In this document: positions 19,192 through 28,820 of the stretch, piece after piece
Layout: the number at the start of each line of letters is the position of its first letter
Numbering within the stretch: the first letter of the stretch is position 1
Assembly: GCA_050261115.1 (NCBI GenBank)
Contig: JBLNCY010000012.1
Coordinates: forward strand, 1-38,595
DNA: 38,595 nt
Origin: Methanocella sp.
Lineage (GTDB): Archaea > Thermoproteota > Bathyarchaeia > Bathyarchaeales > Bathycorpusculaceae
Reading direction: 5' to 3'
Notes under the pieces: generated by a model
What the model saw: the letters and a program-made list of their open reading frames with translations, nothing else
The model's database searches: none
Told to the model about the DNA's origin: nothing
Made by a program: the position numbers and the translations under genes

Positions 19192-19536
19192 TGCTTAGGA
19201 CTGTGTAGGCCGCTTTATTTAAGGCCTCAGAGTAAAGACGCTACTGACCCTTAGGCGTTGTTTCTGTTTGGAACAATTGTGCAGCCAAAAATTAATTCTC
19301 TCTGCAACAACACAACCCTCAGCTTTGAAACCAATACACGTCAAGATATGCACCGCCGCCGTCTGCGGTTGCTGAGTCTCTATAAGAGCGGGGGGTCCCT
19401 GTGAGAGCAACAGAACAAACCACACCTCTAAAACAGAAACCCGCCCAAACCCATAACCCCCCATCCAAACCCGTTTTTTAAGCATAGCAGATATAAGCAA
19501 CCCCGCTAAATTATTCGGCAAAGAAGTGTCACAGTT

Positions 19537-19716
19537 ATGTCAGAAAAACTGTCCTTAGTTACATGTACAAGCTGCGGAAAACCAATTCCTCCAGGCAGCG
19601 AATCCACAAAGTTCCTCTGTCCAAACTGCGGTGAAATCCAAATCAAACGTGACGGCAAATGCCGCAAGTTCGGCAGACTATACAAGTGTCCCAGATGCGG
19701 ATTCCAAGGACCATAA
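19537..19716 (+). CDS. Small double zinc-ribbon protein (DUF1610-like), not in the ORF track
   Basis: My translation: MSEKLSLVTCTSCGKPIPPGSESTKFLCPNCGEIQIKRDGKCRKFGRLYKCPRCGFQGP (59 aa). This family is typically directly upstream of EF-1beta. Confidence 0.9.
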   Translation: MSEKLSLVTCTSCGKPIPPGSESTKFLCPNCGEIQIKRDGKCRKFGRLYKCPRCGFQGP

Positions 19717-19729
19717 AGGTGAATTAGTC

Positions 19730-20011
19730 ATGGGTGCAATACTTGTCGTGTACAAGGTTTTCCCTGAAGACATCATCGAAGACTTTGAACCCTTAAAAGC
19801 CAAAGTAACAGGTATCCTGCCCAAAGACGCCTCAATCGAAGGCTGGGGCACAGAGGACGTTGCTTTTGGGTTAAAAGCGCTTCTTGTTCAAATCCGGTTC
19901 CCCGAGGACAAAATGGGTGTTGTGGAAGAATTCGAGGTTGCACTCGCCAAAATCCCAGGCGTAAGTCAAGCCGAAGCCTTCAACATCAGACGAACAAGCC
20001 GCGATTTCTAA
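19730..20011 (+). CDS. ef1b: Elongation factor 1-beta
   Basis: KVFPED...VAFGLKAL...IPGVSQ. SD-like AGGTGA before the ATG at 19730. Confidence 0.9.
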   Translation: MGAILVVYKVFPEDIIEDFEPLKAKVTGILPKDASIEGWGTEDVAFGLKALLVQIRFPEDKMGVVEEFEVALAKIPGVSQAEAFNIRRTSRDF

Positions 20012-20138
20012 TTATTTACCTCTTTTTCCCCTCTGTTTGGCACCTGAATGTTTCAGGGGCTACGCTTTAAAGTTTATATATCAATCCGTTCTCTTTTCAA
20101 ACACACCTAAGTGTCATAGATTATTTGGAGAATCTCTC

Positions 20139-22310
20139 ATGAGCGAAACTCAATTACGCGTCGGAGACGCACGCCAAAGAGATGTCGGCAGAGGAATCGC
20201 CCGCATCGACCAACGCACCATGCAGAAACTCGGCATCAGCGCTGGAGACGTCATCGAGATCGTTAACAAACGCACAACTAGCGCGATCGCTTGGCCAGCT
20301 TATAGCGAAGATCAAAACCGCGACATCATCCGCATCGACGGATTTACCCGCAAAAACAGCGGCGTCGCCATTAACGAGTACGTCATAGTTCGCCCAGCCA
20401 AAGTAAAAACTGCCCTTGCCATCACTTTGGCGCCCGTAGATATGCGGCTCAACGTAGATGAGGACTTTACCAACTTTGTCAAGAATCGCCTAATGGAACG
20501 CACCCTCGTCGAAGGCGACACCACCCTTGTCATGATGCTGGGGCACGCCATACCCTTCACTGTCTCCAAAACCCGGCCACATGGCATCATCAAAGTCACA
20601 ACTGAAACCAAACTCACCATCCTAAACGAACCCGCCCCCGAAGGCAAAGGCTTACCCCGAACAACCTACGAAGATATCGGCGGGTTACAAGTCGAAATCC
20701 AACGCGTCCGCGAAATGGTTGAACTCCCACTTCGCCACCCAGAACTATTCCAGCGCCTCGGAATCGAACCACCAAAAGGCGTTCTGCTACATGGTCCACC
20801 CGGATGCGGCAAAACATTGCTTGCTCGAGCTGTCGCAAACGAGTCGGAAGCCAACTTTTACAGCATCAACGGCCCAGAAATCATGAGTAAATTCTACGGC
20901 GAATCAGAAGCCAGACTCCGCGAAATTTTCCAGCAAGCCCAACAGAACGCGCCCAGCATTATATTTGTCGACGAATTAGACGCTATCGCACCCAAACGTG
21001 AAGACGTTACAGGCGAAGTCGAACGCCGCGTAGTTGCACAGATGCTAGCCCTAATGGACGGTCTGTCAGGAAGAGGAAACGTTATCGTCATCGGCGCAAC
21101 CAACCGCCCAGGCGCACTTGACCCGGCGCTACGTAGACCTGGCAGATTTGACCGGGAAATCGAAATCAGCGTCCCAGACAAGAAAGGTCGCCATGAGGTG
21201 CTCCAAATCCATACCCGCGGAATGCCCCTAGCTCAGGACGTTGACTTAAACAAGCTCGCCGCCATGACCCACGGCTACACAGGTGCAGACCTCTCGGCGC
21301 TCGGCAGAGAAACCGCCATGAAAGCGCTACGACGCTACCTGCCACAGATAAACTTAGAGGAAGAACGCATCCCACCCGCTGTACTCGAAAAGATGGAGGT
21401 AACCATGGATGACTTCGTCGGCGCCTACAAAGAAGTTACTCCGACTGCTATGCGTGAAGTCTACATCGAAGTCAGCAGTGTACATTGGGAAGACGCCGGC
21501 GGCTTAGACGACGTAAAGCAGCACCTCAAAGAAGCCGTTGAGTGGCCGCTTAAGACTCCTGAAATCTTTACTCGCCTAGGCATTCGCCCGCCAAAGGGTA
21601 TCCTGATGTATGGTCCACCCGGATGCGGCAAAACATTGCTTGCCCGCGCTGTCGCCACTGAATCGGAAGCTAACTTTATCAGCATCAAAGGCCCCGAGGT
21701 CTTCAGCAAATGGGTGGGCGAATCTGAGAAAGCCATCCGCGAGGTCTTCCGCAAAGCGCGAATGGCGGCGCCCGCAGTCATATTCCTTGATGAAATCGAC
21801 TCCTTGACACCCCGCAGAGGCATGGGCATGAGTGACAGCGGCGTATCTGAACGCGTCATAAGCCAACTCTTAACCGAAATGGATGGCATCACCACACTCC
21901 AAGACATCGTAGTCATCGCAGCTACCAACCGCCCAGACATGGTTGACAGCGCAGTTATCCGACCGGGCCGCTTTGACCGCTTAATCTACGTCCCCGAACC
22001 CGACGACAAGAGCCGCTATCAAATCTTCAAAATCTACACCAAAGGCATGCCTATAAGCAGCGACGTTGACCTTAACCAGCTTGCCATGATGACCAAGTAC
22101 TACAGTGGAGCTGATATTGAATCACTCTGCCGCGAAGCCGCTATGCACTCTCTACGCCGGGACGTGAACGCCCGTGAGGTCACTATGAAGGACTTCCAGG
22201 ACGCCATGAAAGAGATGGGCCCCTCCATTACGCCCGATATGGAGAAATGGTACAAGAGCTTCATGCAGCAAATCCGACAAGTACAAAAGCCAGCAACCCC
22301 AGTTGCATAG
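20139..22310 (+). CDS. cdc48: CDC48/VCP AAA+ ATPase
   Basis: N-domain plus two AAA modules (GPPGCGKT twice, DELD/DEID, RPGRFD twice). Start trimmed to MSETQL. Confidence 0.96.
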   Translation: MSETQLRVGDARQRDVGRGIARIDQRTMQKLGISAGDVIEIVNKRTTSAIAWPAYSEDQNRDIIRIDGFTRKNSGVAINEYVIVRPAKVKTALAITLAPVDMRLNVDEDFTNFVKNRLMERTLVEGDTTLVMMLGHAIPFTVSKTRPHGIIKVTTETKLTILNEPAPEGKGLPRTTYEDIGGLQVEIQRVREMVELPLRHPELFQRLGIEPPKGVLLHGPPGCGKTLLARAVANESEANFYSINGPEIMSKFYGESEARLREIFQQAQQNAPSIIFVDELDAIAPKREDVTGEVERRVVAQMLALMDGLSGRGNVIVIGATNRPGALDPALRRPGRFDREIEISVPDKKGRHEVLQIHTRGMPLAQDVDLNKLAAMTHGYTGADLSALGRETAMKALRRYLPQINLEEERIPPAVLEKMEVTMDDFVGAYKEVTPTAMREVYIEVSSVHWEDAGGLDDVKQHLKEAVEWPLKTPEIFTRLGIRPPKGILMYGPPGCGKTLLARAVATESEANFISIKGPEVFSKWVGESEKAIREVFRKARMAAPAVIFLDEIDSLTPRRGMGMSDSGVSERVISQLLTEMDGITTLQDIVVIAATNRPDMVDSAVIRPGRFDRLIYVPEPDDKSRYQIFKIYTKGMPISSDVDLNQLAMMTKYYSGADIESLCREAAMHSLRRDVNAREVTMKDFQDAMKEMGPSITPDMEKWYKSFMQQIRQVQKPATPVA
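20791..21643 (+). repeat. Perfect 34-bp direct repeat inside cdc48 (20791-20824 and 21610-21643)
   Basis: ATGGTCCACCCGGATGCGGCAAAACATTGCTTGC occurs in both Walker A coding regions. Confidence 0.9.
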
Positions 22311-22323
22311 GTAGGATACGCTT

Positions 22324-22557
22324 ATGCCTCAACTGAAGACTTGGAAAACCCGCCCAGCATACTTCTACATGCTGGAGGTTCTTAAAAAGAAGGGTGACAT
22401 GACCGATGACGACCTCTTTGAGAGCGTCAGAGACGAGTATGAAGACCTCGGCTTTAAGGACTTTAACGAGTTGCTGCTTGACTTAGAAGTAAGCGGTAAA
22501 ATCCGCACTTCTTCATTGGCTCGCGGCAAACGCCGAATCGAGATGGTTCAAAAGTAA
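22324..22557 (+). CDS. Small winged-helix-like hypothetical protein
   Basis: 77 aa, 13 nt after cdc48. Helix-helix-helix-hairpin pattern (LLDLEVSGKIRT). Confidence 0.7.
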   Translation: MPQLKTWKTRPAYFYMLEVLKKKGDMTDDDLFESVRDEYEDLGFKDFNELLLDLEVSGKIRTSSLARGKRRIEMVQK

Positions 22558-22848
22558 CCCTTTCTTTTACTTATTTTATTTTTATTTGCGCTAAGCGCCA
22601 ATTTTGGAGTGTGGTATTTCTGGATGGTTCGTGTGGCAACTATACAGATTCATTTCTGCACTTCTGGCACTACCTAGAGGCGGCTGTCTGCTGCTTTGCC
22701 GAGGGCCCTCCCTTATATATAGAGCCAACCATGGGTCCAACTTACGCTTGAAGCATACTCTGTTTAGTAAATGAGACTGCTCTTACCACTTAATCGATGA
22801 GTTGATTGACCTAAAACAGTTTTTACTAAATAGAAGGGAAAAGAAAAT

Positions 22849-23214
22849 TTAGGAAAGCAGCAGGATTGCTTTTGCCAAGTCGCCGTCAGCTTCAACGAGC
22901 GCCTCTTTGGCTTTCTCTAGGCTCTTTCCAGTCTGGTCTGCGACGAGCTGTACATCCTCCTCAGTGAAGGCTGGCTTTGAAGGCGCTGCTGTGGCAGTTC
23001 GGGCTGAGGGTGCCTGTTCGCTGACTTGGCCGCCTATGACCTGATACATTTTTTGGCCCTGAACCTGGAGTATCGCAACTTCGGGTTCATCTATGACTAT
23101 GTCTTTGCCTGTAGTTCTTATGATGACTTGCTGCACGTCAGCTATATTGTCCATGTTCATGCCCATGCGTTGCATCATGCGGCGTTGTTCACGGGGATTG
23201 ATACGTCTGTGCAT
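22849..23214 (-). CDS. nac: Nascent polypeptide-associated complex protein
   Basis: NPR..RRMMQRMGM, YQVIG and a UBA tail (EDVQLVADQTG...GDLAKAIL). Confidence 0.95.
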   Translation of the reverse strand: MHRRINPREQRRMMQRMGMNMDNIADVQQVIIRTTGKDIVIDEPEVAILQVQGQKMYQVIGGQVSEQAPSARTATAAPSKPAFTEEDVQLVADQTGKSLEKAKEALVEADGDLAKAILLLS

Positions 23215-23354
23215 GTGATTCTACCTTATGCTTATTCTGCGCTACAACTTGATATACTTAACTTTCGCTAAGCCCACAAATCTACTCCCAAAGACGAAGC
23301 GCTTTAGGATAAGGAGTTATTGCCTAGCCGTTAAATACTTAAACACAACCTTCA

Positions 23355-23957
23355 TTGAAGCAGATTACGCGGGTGGAATGTGGATTGAGGTTTTGGCCCA
23401 AGAAGAAATGGAAACAAGCCTTACTGGTAGCTTTCATTGCATTCATAATTGTTGTCCCAATCGCGTTTGTTGTGATAGGCTATGTTAATCGGGAGCCCGC
23501 CTTCAAAAACGGCGCCCCCATAGCCGCTCTATCGGTTAGCAGCCCCGCATTTGAGAACGGCGCAGCTATACCCACTAAGTATACTGCGCTTGGCGAAAAC
23601 ATTAACCCGCCCCTAACCGTTCAGGGTATCCCCGAGGGGACAGAGAGCTTAGCGGTAGTGGTTTTGGATCCTGTTGTGCCCGGCGTCTTTTCGTGGGCAC
23701 ATTGGATTGTCTGGAACCTACCGCCAACAGGGGATATAGCTGAAAACACTGATGCGGGGGTTCAGGGAATCAACAGCTGGAACCAGCAGGGGTACAGCGG
23801 TCCTGACCCAGTGGGTGAACGCAGCTACGTCTTTACAGTCTACGCCTTAGATGAAACCTTAACCTTGGATGCCAATGCTGGAGCAAGTGCACTTTTGAGG
23901 GCAATGGATAACCATGTCTTAGCAAAAGGGCAACTAATAGGGACATACCAAAAATAG
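23355..23957 (+). CDS. YbhB/YbcL (PEBP) family protein with N-terminal TM anchor
   Basis: SSPAF..G..IP.KYT..GEN.NPPL, WAHW, GINSW...YSGP and FTVYALD. Exact start uncertain. Confidence 0.85.
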   Translation: MKQITRVECGLRFWPKKKWKQALLVAFIAFIIVVPIAFVVIGYVNREPAFKNGAPIAALSVSSPAFENGAAIPTKYTALGENINPPLTVQGIPEGTESLAVVVLDPVVPGVFSWAHWIVWNLPPTGDIAENTDAGVQGINSWNQQGYSGPDPVGERSYVFTVYALDETLTLDANAGASALLRAMDNHVLAKGQLIGTYQK

Positions 23958-23963
23958 CGGGTG

Positions 23964-24440
23964 CTATTCCTCTTTTGCGCCATGCCGCGTCTTAACTGCA
24001 ATACCCGTTTTGAACGCTCGAATTTCATCTGCGGAGAGCACGGTGCGGCCAACAGCAAGCACATGGCGGTCTTCGTCGACTGCGATAACTTCATCCTTTG
24101 CACGTATCTCGTCATCCACCGCTACCACATGGACTGCAAATACGTCTCCGCCGCGGGCAATGTAGGGTGCGACGTCATTTTTTACGGTGACAAAGCACTT
24201 GGCTTGGGGAATTTGTTCGGTTATGGTTTGGGCTGCTTTGATGCTTAATGATAGTAAGCCGTCGGTGGGTCGCAGGGTTGCTAGGCGTTCACCGTTGCGG
24301 TTGATGTAGCGGATTCTGCCGGTGCGGGGGGAAAGCTGGATTTCTATGTCGTCTGGGAAGAGTTGGGCTCCTACGCCTTTGCCGAATTGGTAGTCCGCTA
24401 TGGTTCTAACTTTAGCTTTTTGGTTCTCCAAGATTTGCAC
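23964..24440 (-). CDS. Stand-alone pre-PUA/PUA protein (resembles the archaeosine TGT C-terminal module)
   Basis: IADYQFG, TGRIR, GGDVFA, DEV and G.AVKTR motifs. Confidence 0.85.
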   Translation of the reverse strand: MQILENQKAKVRTIADYQFGKGVGAQLFPDDIEIQLSPRTGRIRYINRNGERLATLRPTDGLLSLSIKAAQTITEQIPQAKCFVTVKNDVAPYIARGGDVFAVHVVAVDDEIRAKDEVIAVDEDRHVLAVGRTVLSADEIRAFKTGIAVKTRHGAKEE

Positions 24441-24516
24441 CGTGCATATGATATGGTTAATTCGACAAGTATAAACATAACAATATTATAAACTCACTGA
24501 AAGGAGACCCTACTAT

Positions 24517-25050
24517 ATGCGATGCGAAGTTTGCGGAAGAAAAATTCATTCAGAACCCATACGAGCAAAAATCGAAGGTGCAACCCTAACTGTATGTGTT
24601 GAATGCTCCAAGCATGGTCAGATAGTCTACGAAGAGCCAGCAGCAACCGCGACTGCTCCGTCTAGCCCCACCAAATCCTATCAGCATATCCCAGTTATCG
24701 CTAGGAAACCCGCGGCGCCCACAGTCCAGATAAGTCAAGAAGTAGTTGAAGACTACGCAAACGTCATCCGCGTCGCCAGAGAAAAGCAGGGTCTCACCAT
24801 CGAGGAACTCGGCAAGAAAGTAGCTGAGCGCGCCTCATTACTCCGTCATATTGAAGCCAGTAGGGTCGCACCCAACAATCAACTGGCCAACCGACTTGAG
24901 CATGTGCTTAAAATCAAACTCTTGGTTCCGATCGCTGATGAAAAAGTTCCGGTGGCTCCAAAGAAGCCCTCGGAGGGCATGACTTTAGGCGACCTCATCG
25001 AGATGGCTAAAACAGATGAGGAGGCCAAACCCAAACGAAAGCAATCCTAG
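24517..25050 (+). CDS. mbf1: Archaeal multiprotein bridging factor 1
   Basis: CEVCG...CVEC Zn ribbon, HTH and TLGD motif. Confidence 0.93.
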   Translation: MRCEVCGRKIHSEPIRAKIEGATLTVCVECSKHGQIVYEEPAATATAPSSPTKSYQHIPVIARKPAAPTVQISQEVVEDYANVIRVAREKQGLTIEELGKKVAERASLLRHIEASRVAPNNQLANRLEHVLKIKLLVPIADEKVPVAPKKPSEGMTLGDLIEMAKTDEEAKPKRKQS

Positions 25051-26318
25051 TCCAGCGGCGATTGAACCGTGAAGAATCCAGCTTAGATGAACTCAAAAGC
25101 CTAGCGCAGTCTGCAGGCTACCAAATCGTAGGCACCCTAGAACAGACTCGCCGCCCAGACTCCCGCTTCCAAATCGGGGCAGGAAAAGTTGAGGAACTCG
25201 CAAAGATGGTGGCTGATTTGGGCGCCGACAAAGTCATCTTCGACAACCCGCTTCGGACACTACAGAATTATAACCTGGCCAAAGTCACCCGCGTAGAAGT
25301 CATCGACCGTTTCCAGCTGATTTTGGAGCTGTTTAGGCGACGCGCAACCACTACCGAAGCCCAACTGCAGATACAGCTAGCTGTGCTACAAAACGAGTTA
25401 AAGCACGCCAAAGAAAAAGTCCGCTTATCCAAAGGCAGCGAACAACCCGGATTCATGGGCTTAGGCGCCTACGAAGCTGACGTTTACCGCGACGCCATTA
25501 AACTGCAAGTTCAAACCATACGCAAAAAACTCGCCCGCATCCGCGAAAAACGCGTACTGCAACGAAAAAGACGCTTGGATCTGGGTTTCTCGACTGTTTC
25601 GCTGGCGGGTTACACAAGCGCAGGCAAAAGCACCCTCTTTAACGCCTTAACACAAGAGGAAGCCATGGTTGACAGAGCGCTCTTCACTACCCTCTCAACG
25701 CAGACCCGCATGATAGAATTCAGCAACCGCAAATTCCTCTTAACCGACACCGTGGGCTTCATCGACCGCCTACCCATTTCACTCATCGAAGCTTTCCACT
25801 CCACGCTAGAAGAAACCATCTTCGCTGACCTCATCGTACTCTTGGTTGACTTCTCAGAACCCCTACCCACCATTGAACGCAAGGTCCGAGTTTGCATGGA
25901 GACCATTGACAAGTTAGGCGCATCTGGCATTCCCATGATAACCGCCCTAAACAAAATCGACCGCATAAAGCCTCAGGAAAAAGAACCAAAGCTCGAAGCC
26001 CTCAAAAGCCAAATCAAAAATCCCCTCCTGCTCTCAGCAAAATGCGAAACCAACCTCGACGAACTCCGAAAGCGCATCCTTAAAATATTGGAGAACTACC
26101 AAGCTGCAGAATTCAGCATACCTCTTGTAGGGAATGTTATGCCGTTTATCTCTTGGGTGCACCAGAAAGCTGATATTCACAAAGAGGAATTCACAAACGA
26201 CTCCGTCAACGTAGCCTTAGAGGCTGACCCGTCCGTGATGGAGCAAATACGCAGAAAAGTGCAGGATCTTCATGGAAAATTCCAAACTAACTCCCCCGCA
26301 GAAGCCAACCCCAAGTAA
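25035..26318 (+). CDS. hflX: GTPase HflX (ACG start at 25035 proposed; TTG at 25062 is the alternative)
   Basis: GAGKVEE, GYTSAGKSTLFN, LFTTL, DTVGFI and NKID motifs. Confidence 0.95.
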   Translation, partial: TKAILVQRRLNREESSLDELKSLAQSAGYQIVGTLEQTRRPDSRFQIGAGKVEELAKMVADLGADKVIFDNPLRTLQNYNLAKVTRVEVIDRFQLILELFRRRATTTEAQLQIQLAVLQNELKHAKEKVRLSKGSEQPGFMGLGAYEADVYRDAIKLQVQTIRKKLARIREKRVLQRKRRLDLGFSTVSLAGYTSAGKSTLFNALTQEEAMVDRALFTTLSTQTRMIEFSNRKFLLTDTVGFIDRLPISLIEAFHSTLEETIFADLIVLLVDFSEPLPTIERKVRVCMETIDKLGASGIPMITALNKIDRIKPQEKEPKLEALKSQIKNPLLLSAKCETNLDELRKRILKILENYQAAEFSIPLVGNVMPFISWVHQKADIHKEEFTNDSVNVALEADPSVMEQIRRKVQDLHGKFQTNSPAEANPK

Positions 26319-26874
26319 TCAACCAAAAATCATTGTTCTACGTTGGGGGCACCGAGTTCAACGAGACGTCAGGTTAACTACCCATGTAGCCCTAACCGCC
26401 CGGGCGCTGTGCGCTTCAGGATTCATCCTAGCCGACACCACCGACCGTCATATCGAAGAAACCGTCACTAAGATCACTCAGGCATGGGGCGGCGACTTCC
26501 ACTTCGAAATGGGTACACCATGGAAGCAAGCCGTCCGCGACTGGAAAGCCAAAAACGGAATCATCGTGCACCTAACAGCATACGGCGAAAACATCCAAAC
26601 AAGCGATGTCATGGCACGGATAAAAGCCTCAGGACACGACGTGATGCTTCTAGTGGGGAGCCAGAAAGTGCCCGGCGAATTCTACTCTGAGGAAATCTCC
26701 GACTTTAACGTCGCTGTCGGGAACCAGCCACATTCGGAATGCTCTGCACTTGCCATCTTTTTAGACCGCTATTTTGAGGGGAAAGAACTCGCCAAACCCT
26801 TCAAGAAAGCCAAAATCACCATCACTCCAAGGGCGCGGGGTAAGATGATAGAAACGCACGATGGAAAAGAGTGA
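26272..26874 (+). CDS. trm56: tRNA (cytidine(56)-2'-O)-methyltransferase
   Basis: LRWGHR..RD.RLTTHVALTARA, HLTAYG, VGSQKVP and GNQPHSE motifs. Confidence 0.93.
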   Translation: MENSKLTPPQKPTPSNQPKIIVLRWGHRVQRDVRLTTHVALTARALCASGFILADTTDRHIEETVTKITQAWGGDFHFEMGTPWKQAVRDWKAKNGIIVHLTAYGENIQTSDVMARIKASGHDVMLLVGSQKVPGEFYSEEISDFNVAVGNQPHSECSALAIFLDRYFEGKELAKPFKKAKITITPRARGKMIETHDGKE

Positions 26875-26937
26875 AAGGTCAGAAGAGTTTTATCTGACCA
26901 TGATGCATAATTAAGGGTGCAAAAAGGAAATCCCAGT

Positions 26938-27450
26938 ATGTTATCAACAATTGATGATGCAACCCTCAATAAAGTTGCCCTAGCACTTGGCGACGAAGAT
27001 GCTGTCAGACTTATCGAGCACCTCAAGACAGTGGACGAAATCACCGATGATGAAATCGCAAACAAAACCGGTATCAGGTTAAACAGTGTCCGAAAAATCC
27101 TCTATAAACTCTATGACCACTCCCTAGTCAGCCTGCGCAGAACCCGCGATCCTAAGACAGGATGGTTCATTTTTCACTGGAAACTCCAACCTGACCAACT
27201 CGAAGGCTTCATTTTAAGCCAAAAACGGCGAGTTCTCGAAAAACTCAACGTACGACTCGAGTACGAGCGTACTCATGACTTCTACTACTGCGGCAGCGCC
27301 GAATGCAAACGCATCCCCTTCGAAGAAGCAGTTGAACTCGTTTTCCACTGCAGCTGCTGCGGCAAACCCTTGGTTCACTTCGAAAATGGCGTCATGATCG
27401 AGCGTCTGTCTGAGAAAGTTGAAATCCTTCGCAGGGAACTAGGCGAGTAA
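26938..27450 (+). CDS. tfe: Transcription factor E alpha
   Basis: TDDEIA...LNSVRKILYKLY, GWFIFHW and a Zn ribbon (YYC...C...FHCSCCG). Confidence 0.93.
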   Translation: MLSTIDDATLNKVALALGDEDAVRLIEHLKTVDEITDDEIANKTGIRLNSVRKILYKLYDHSLVSLRRTRDPKTGWFIFHWKLQPDQLEGFILSQKRRVLEKLNVRLEYERTHDFYYCGSAECKRIPFEEAVELVFHCSCCGKPLVHFENGVMIERLSEKVEILRRELGE

Positions 27451-27451
27451 A

Positions 27452-27979
27452 GTGGCGGAGCTTCCGAATAGGGAGCAAGCGATTCAAATTTTGAAACAGC
27501 AAAATTGTCCGCCCCAAGTAATCCAACACTGCCTAGCCGTAACAACGCTAGCCCTAGAAATCGCGGCTAAACTCCAAACCAGAGGCATCAAAATCAGTTT
27601 GCCACTGGTTGAAGCAGGCGGCTTACTCCACGATTTAGGCCGAGCAAAAAGCCACGAAGTTAACCACGGATTGATTGGTGTGCAAATGGGCAAAACACTT
27701 GGACTCCCAGATTCCCTTCTTGACATTATCAAGCGACATGTCGGCGCAGGCATAACCCACCAAGAAGCCCAATGGCTCAAATGGCCGCAAGACAACTATA
27801 TCCCCACCACAATCGAAGAGAAAGTCGTTTGCTATGCGGATAAACGGATAGACAACGACCGGGTGGTTCCCATAGATGAGGAAATCCGCAAGCTACAACA
27901 ACGTGGATATCCAGAGGCGGCAGAAAGAGTTAGAAGGCTGCATGTGGAGATAACTCAACTGTTAGGCGAACAACCATGA
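27452..27979 (+). CDS. HD-domain phosphohydrolase (TIGR00295-like)
   Basis: HC..V, LLHDLGR, HVGAGI and EEKVVCYADK motifs. Confidence 0.88.
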   Translation: MAELPNREQAIQILKQQNCPPQVIQHCLAVTTLALEIAAKLQTRGIKISLPLVEAGGLLHDLGRAKSHEVNHGLIGVQMGKTLGLPDSLLDIIKRHVGAGITHQEAQWLKWPQDNYIPTTIEEKVVCYADKRIDNDRVVPIDEEIRKLQQRGYPEAAERVRRLHVEITQLLGEQP

Positions 27980-28731
27980 CCCAAATGACCCTATTTGTAA
28001 GGGCCTTCAACAGCGGCCAACTCAAACAAATCGACGATTTACTGCAAAGTCAATTTGAAGATTTAGAAGTAAAATCCCTTCTTGAAGTCGATCCTACCAG
28101 CAAGTGGGTGCATCTCTCTCTTGAGGGTGAAGATGAGGCAGTTGCTGCCTCGTTTGCTCGCAAAAAAATCGGAACGGTACCCAAGAACTGGGATGCGGTG
28201 GAAGTCGACGCCGAGTTGAAGGGTTATGTTTCCAAGGTTGACGAGAGCAGAGGTCAATTGCTAGTTGATATAGGCGTTTTTCAGCCAAAGGTTAGTCTGG
28301 CTGTAGTCTCGCTTGCTACTCTCCGTGCACAGTTTGCGGCGGGTAAAGAATCCACCGCTAAAGCTATTGCTGAGGCGTATGGTATTGCGGAGGGGTTACC
28401 CGTTACTGTTAGGGTGACTGAGAAGGGTGATTCTTTTAAGGCTGAGTTGGCGTCTGGGCTGGTGGAGAAGCTTAAGGGGTGGCAGCAGTCGCTTCTTGAT
28501 AGGCTTATTATTCTAAGGGCTAACAAAGACTTGGTTGATGCCACCTTGGAGCGTACGCATTTGACTCGTGATGTGATTGAGGTGGAGCAGTTAGGTTTCT
28601 TTGAGTTTGCGTTGACGTGTAAGTTGGGTACAGAGGCACGTGGTTTGATTCCAAGGGTTGGCCGGTATATGCGTAATGCCGTGTTTGTTGTGTTTAGTGC
28701 CAAGAAAAGTATCGATTTTTTGGGCCAGTAG
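27976..28731 (+). CDS. DUF2110-like protein
   Basis: GEDE.VA, VDIG, RDVIEVEQLG and CKLGT...GLIPRVG. Conserved neighbour of tfe. Confidence 0.7.
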   Translation: MTQMTLFVRAFNSGQLKQIDDLLQSQFEDLEVKSLLEVDPTSKWVHLSLEGEDEAVAASFARKKIGTVPKNWDAVEVDAELKGYVSKVDESRGQLLVDIGVFQPKVSLAVVSLATLRAQFAAGKESTAKAIAEAYGIAEGLPVTVRVTEKGDSFKAELASGLVEKLKGWQQSLLDRLIILRANKDLVDATLERTHLTRDVIEVEQLGFFEFALTCKLGTEARGLIPRVGRYMRNAVFVVFSAKKSIDFLGQ

Positions 28732-28820
28732 GGATTAAGCTTATAAAACGGATCATAAATACTTAAACAATCCATTATCCAGAAACGGATAAAAGTTGGA
28801 AGGGAGAGGGAAAACAAGCA

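Noticed and set aside
19254-19445. RNase P or SRP RNA
   Set aside because: The conserved P4 (GAGGAAAGUCC-like) and SRP helix 8 motifs were not found.
19219-19521. 100-aa minus-strand ORF
   Set aside because: It has no family features and spans two promoter regions.
19631-19729. N-terminal extension of EF-1beta in the ORF track
   Set aside because: It overlaps the real Zn-ribbon gene, and the SD supports the ATG at 19730.
682-28817. Numerous antisense or alternate-frame ORFs in the track
   Set aside because: They are shadows of well-supported conserved genes and carry no motifs of their own.
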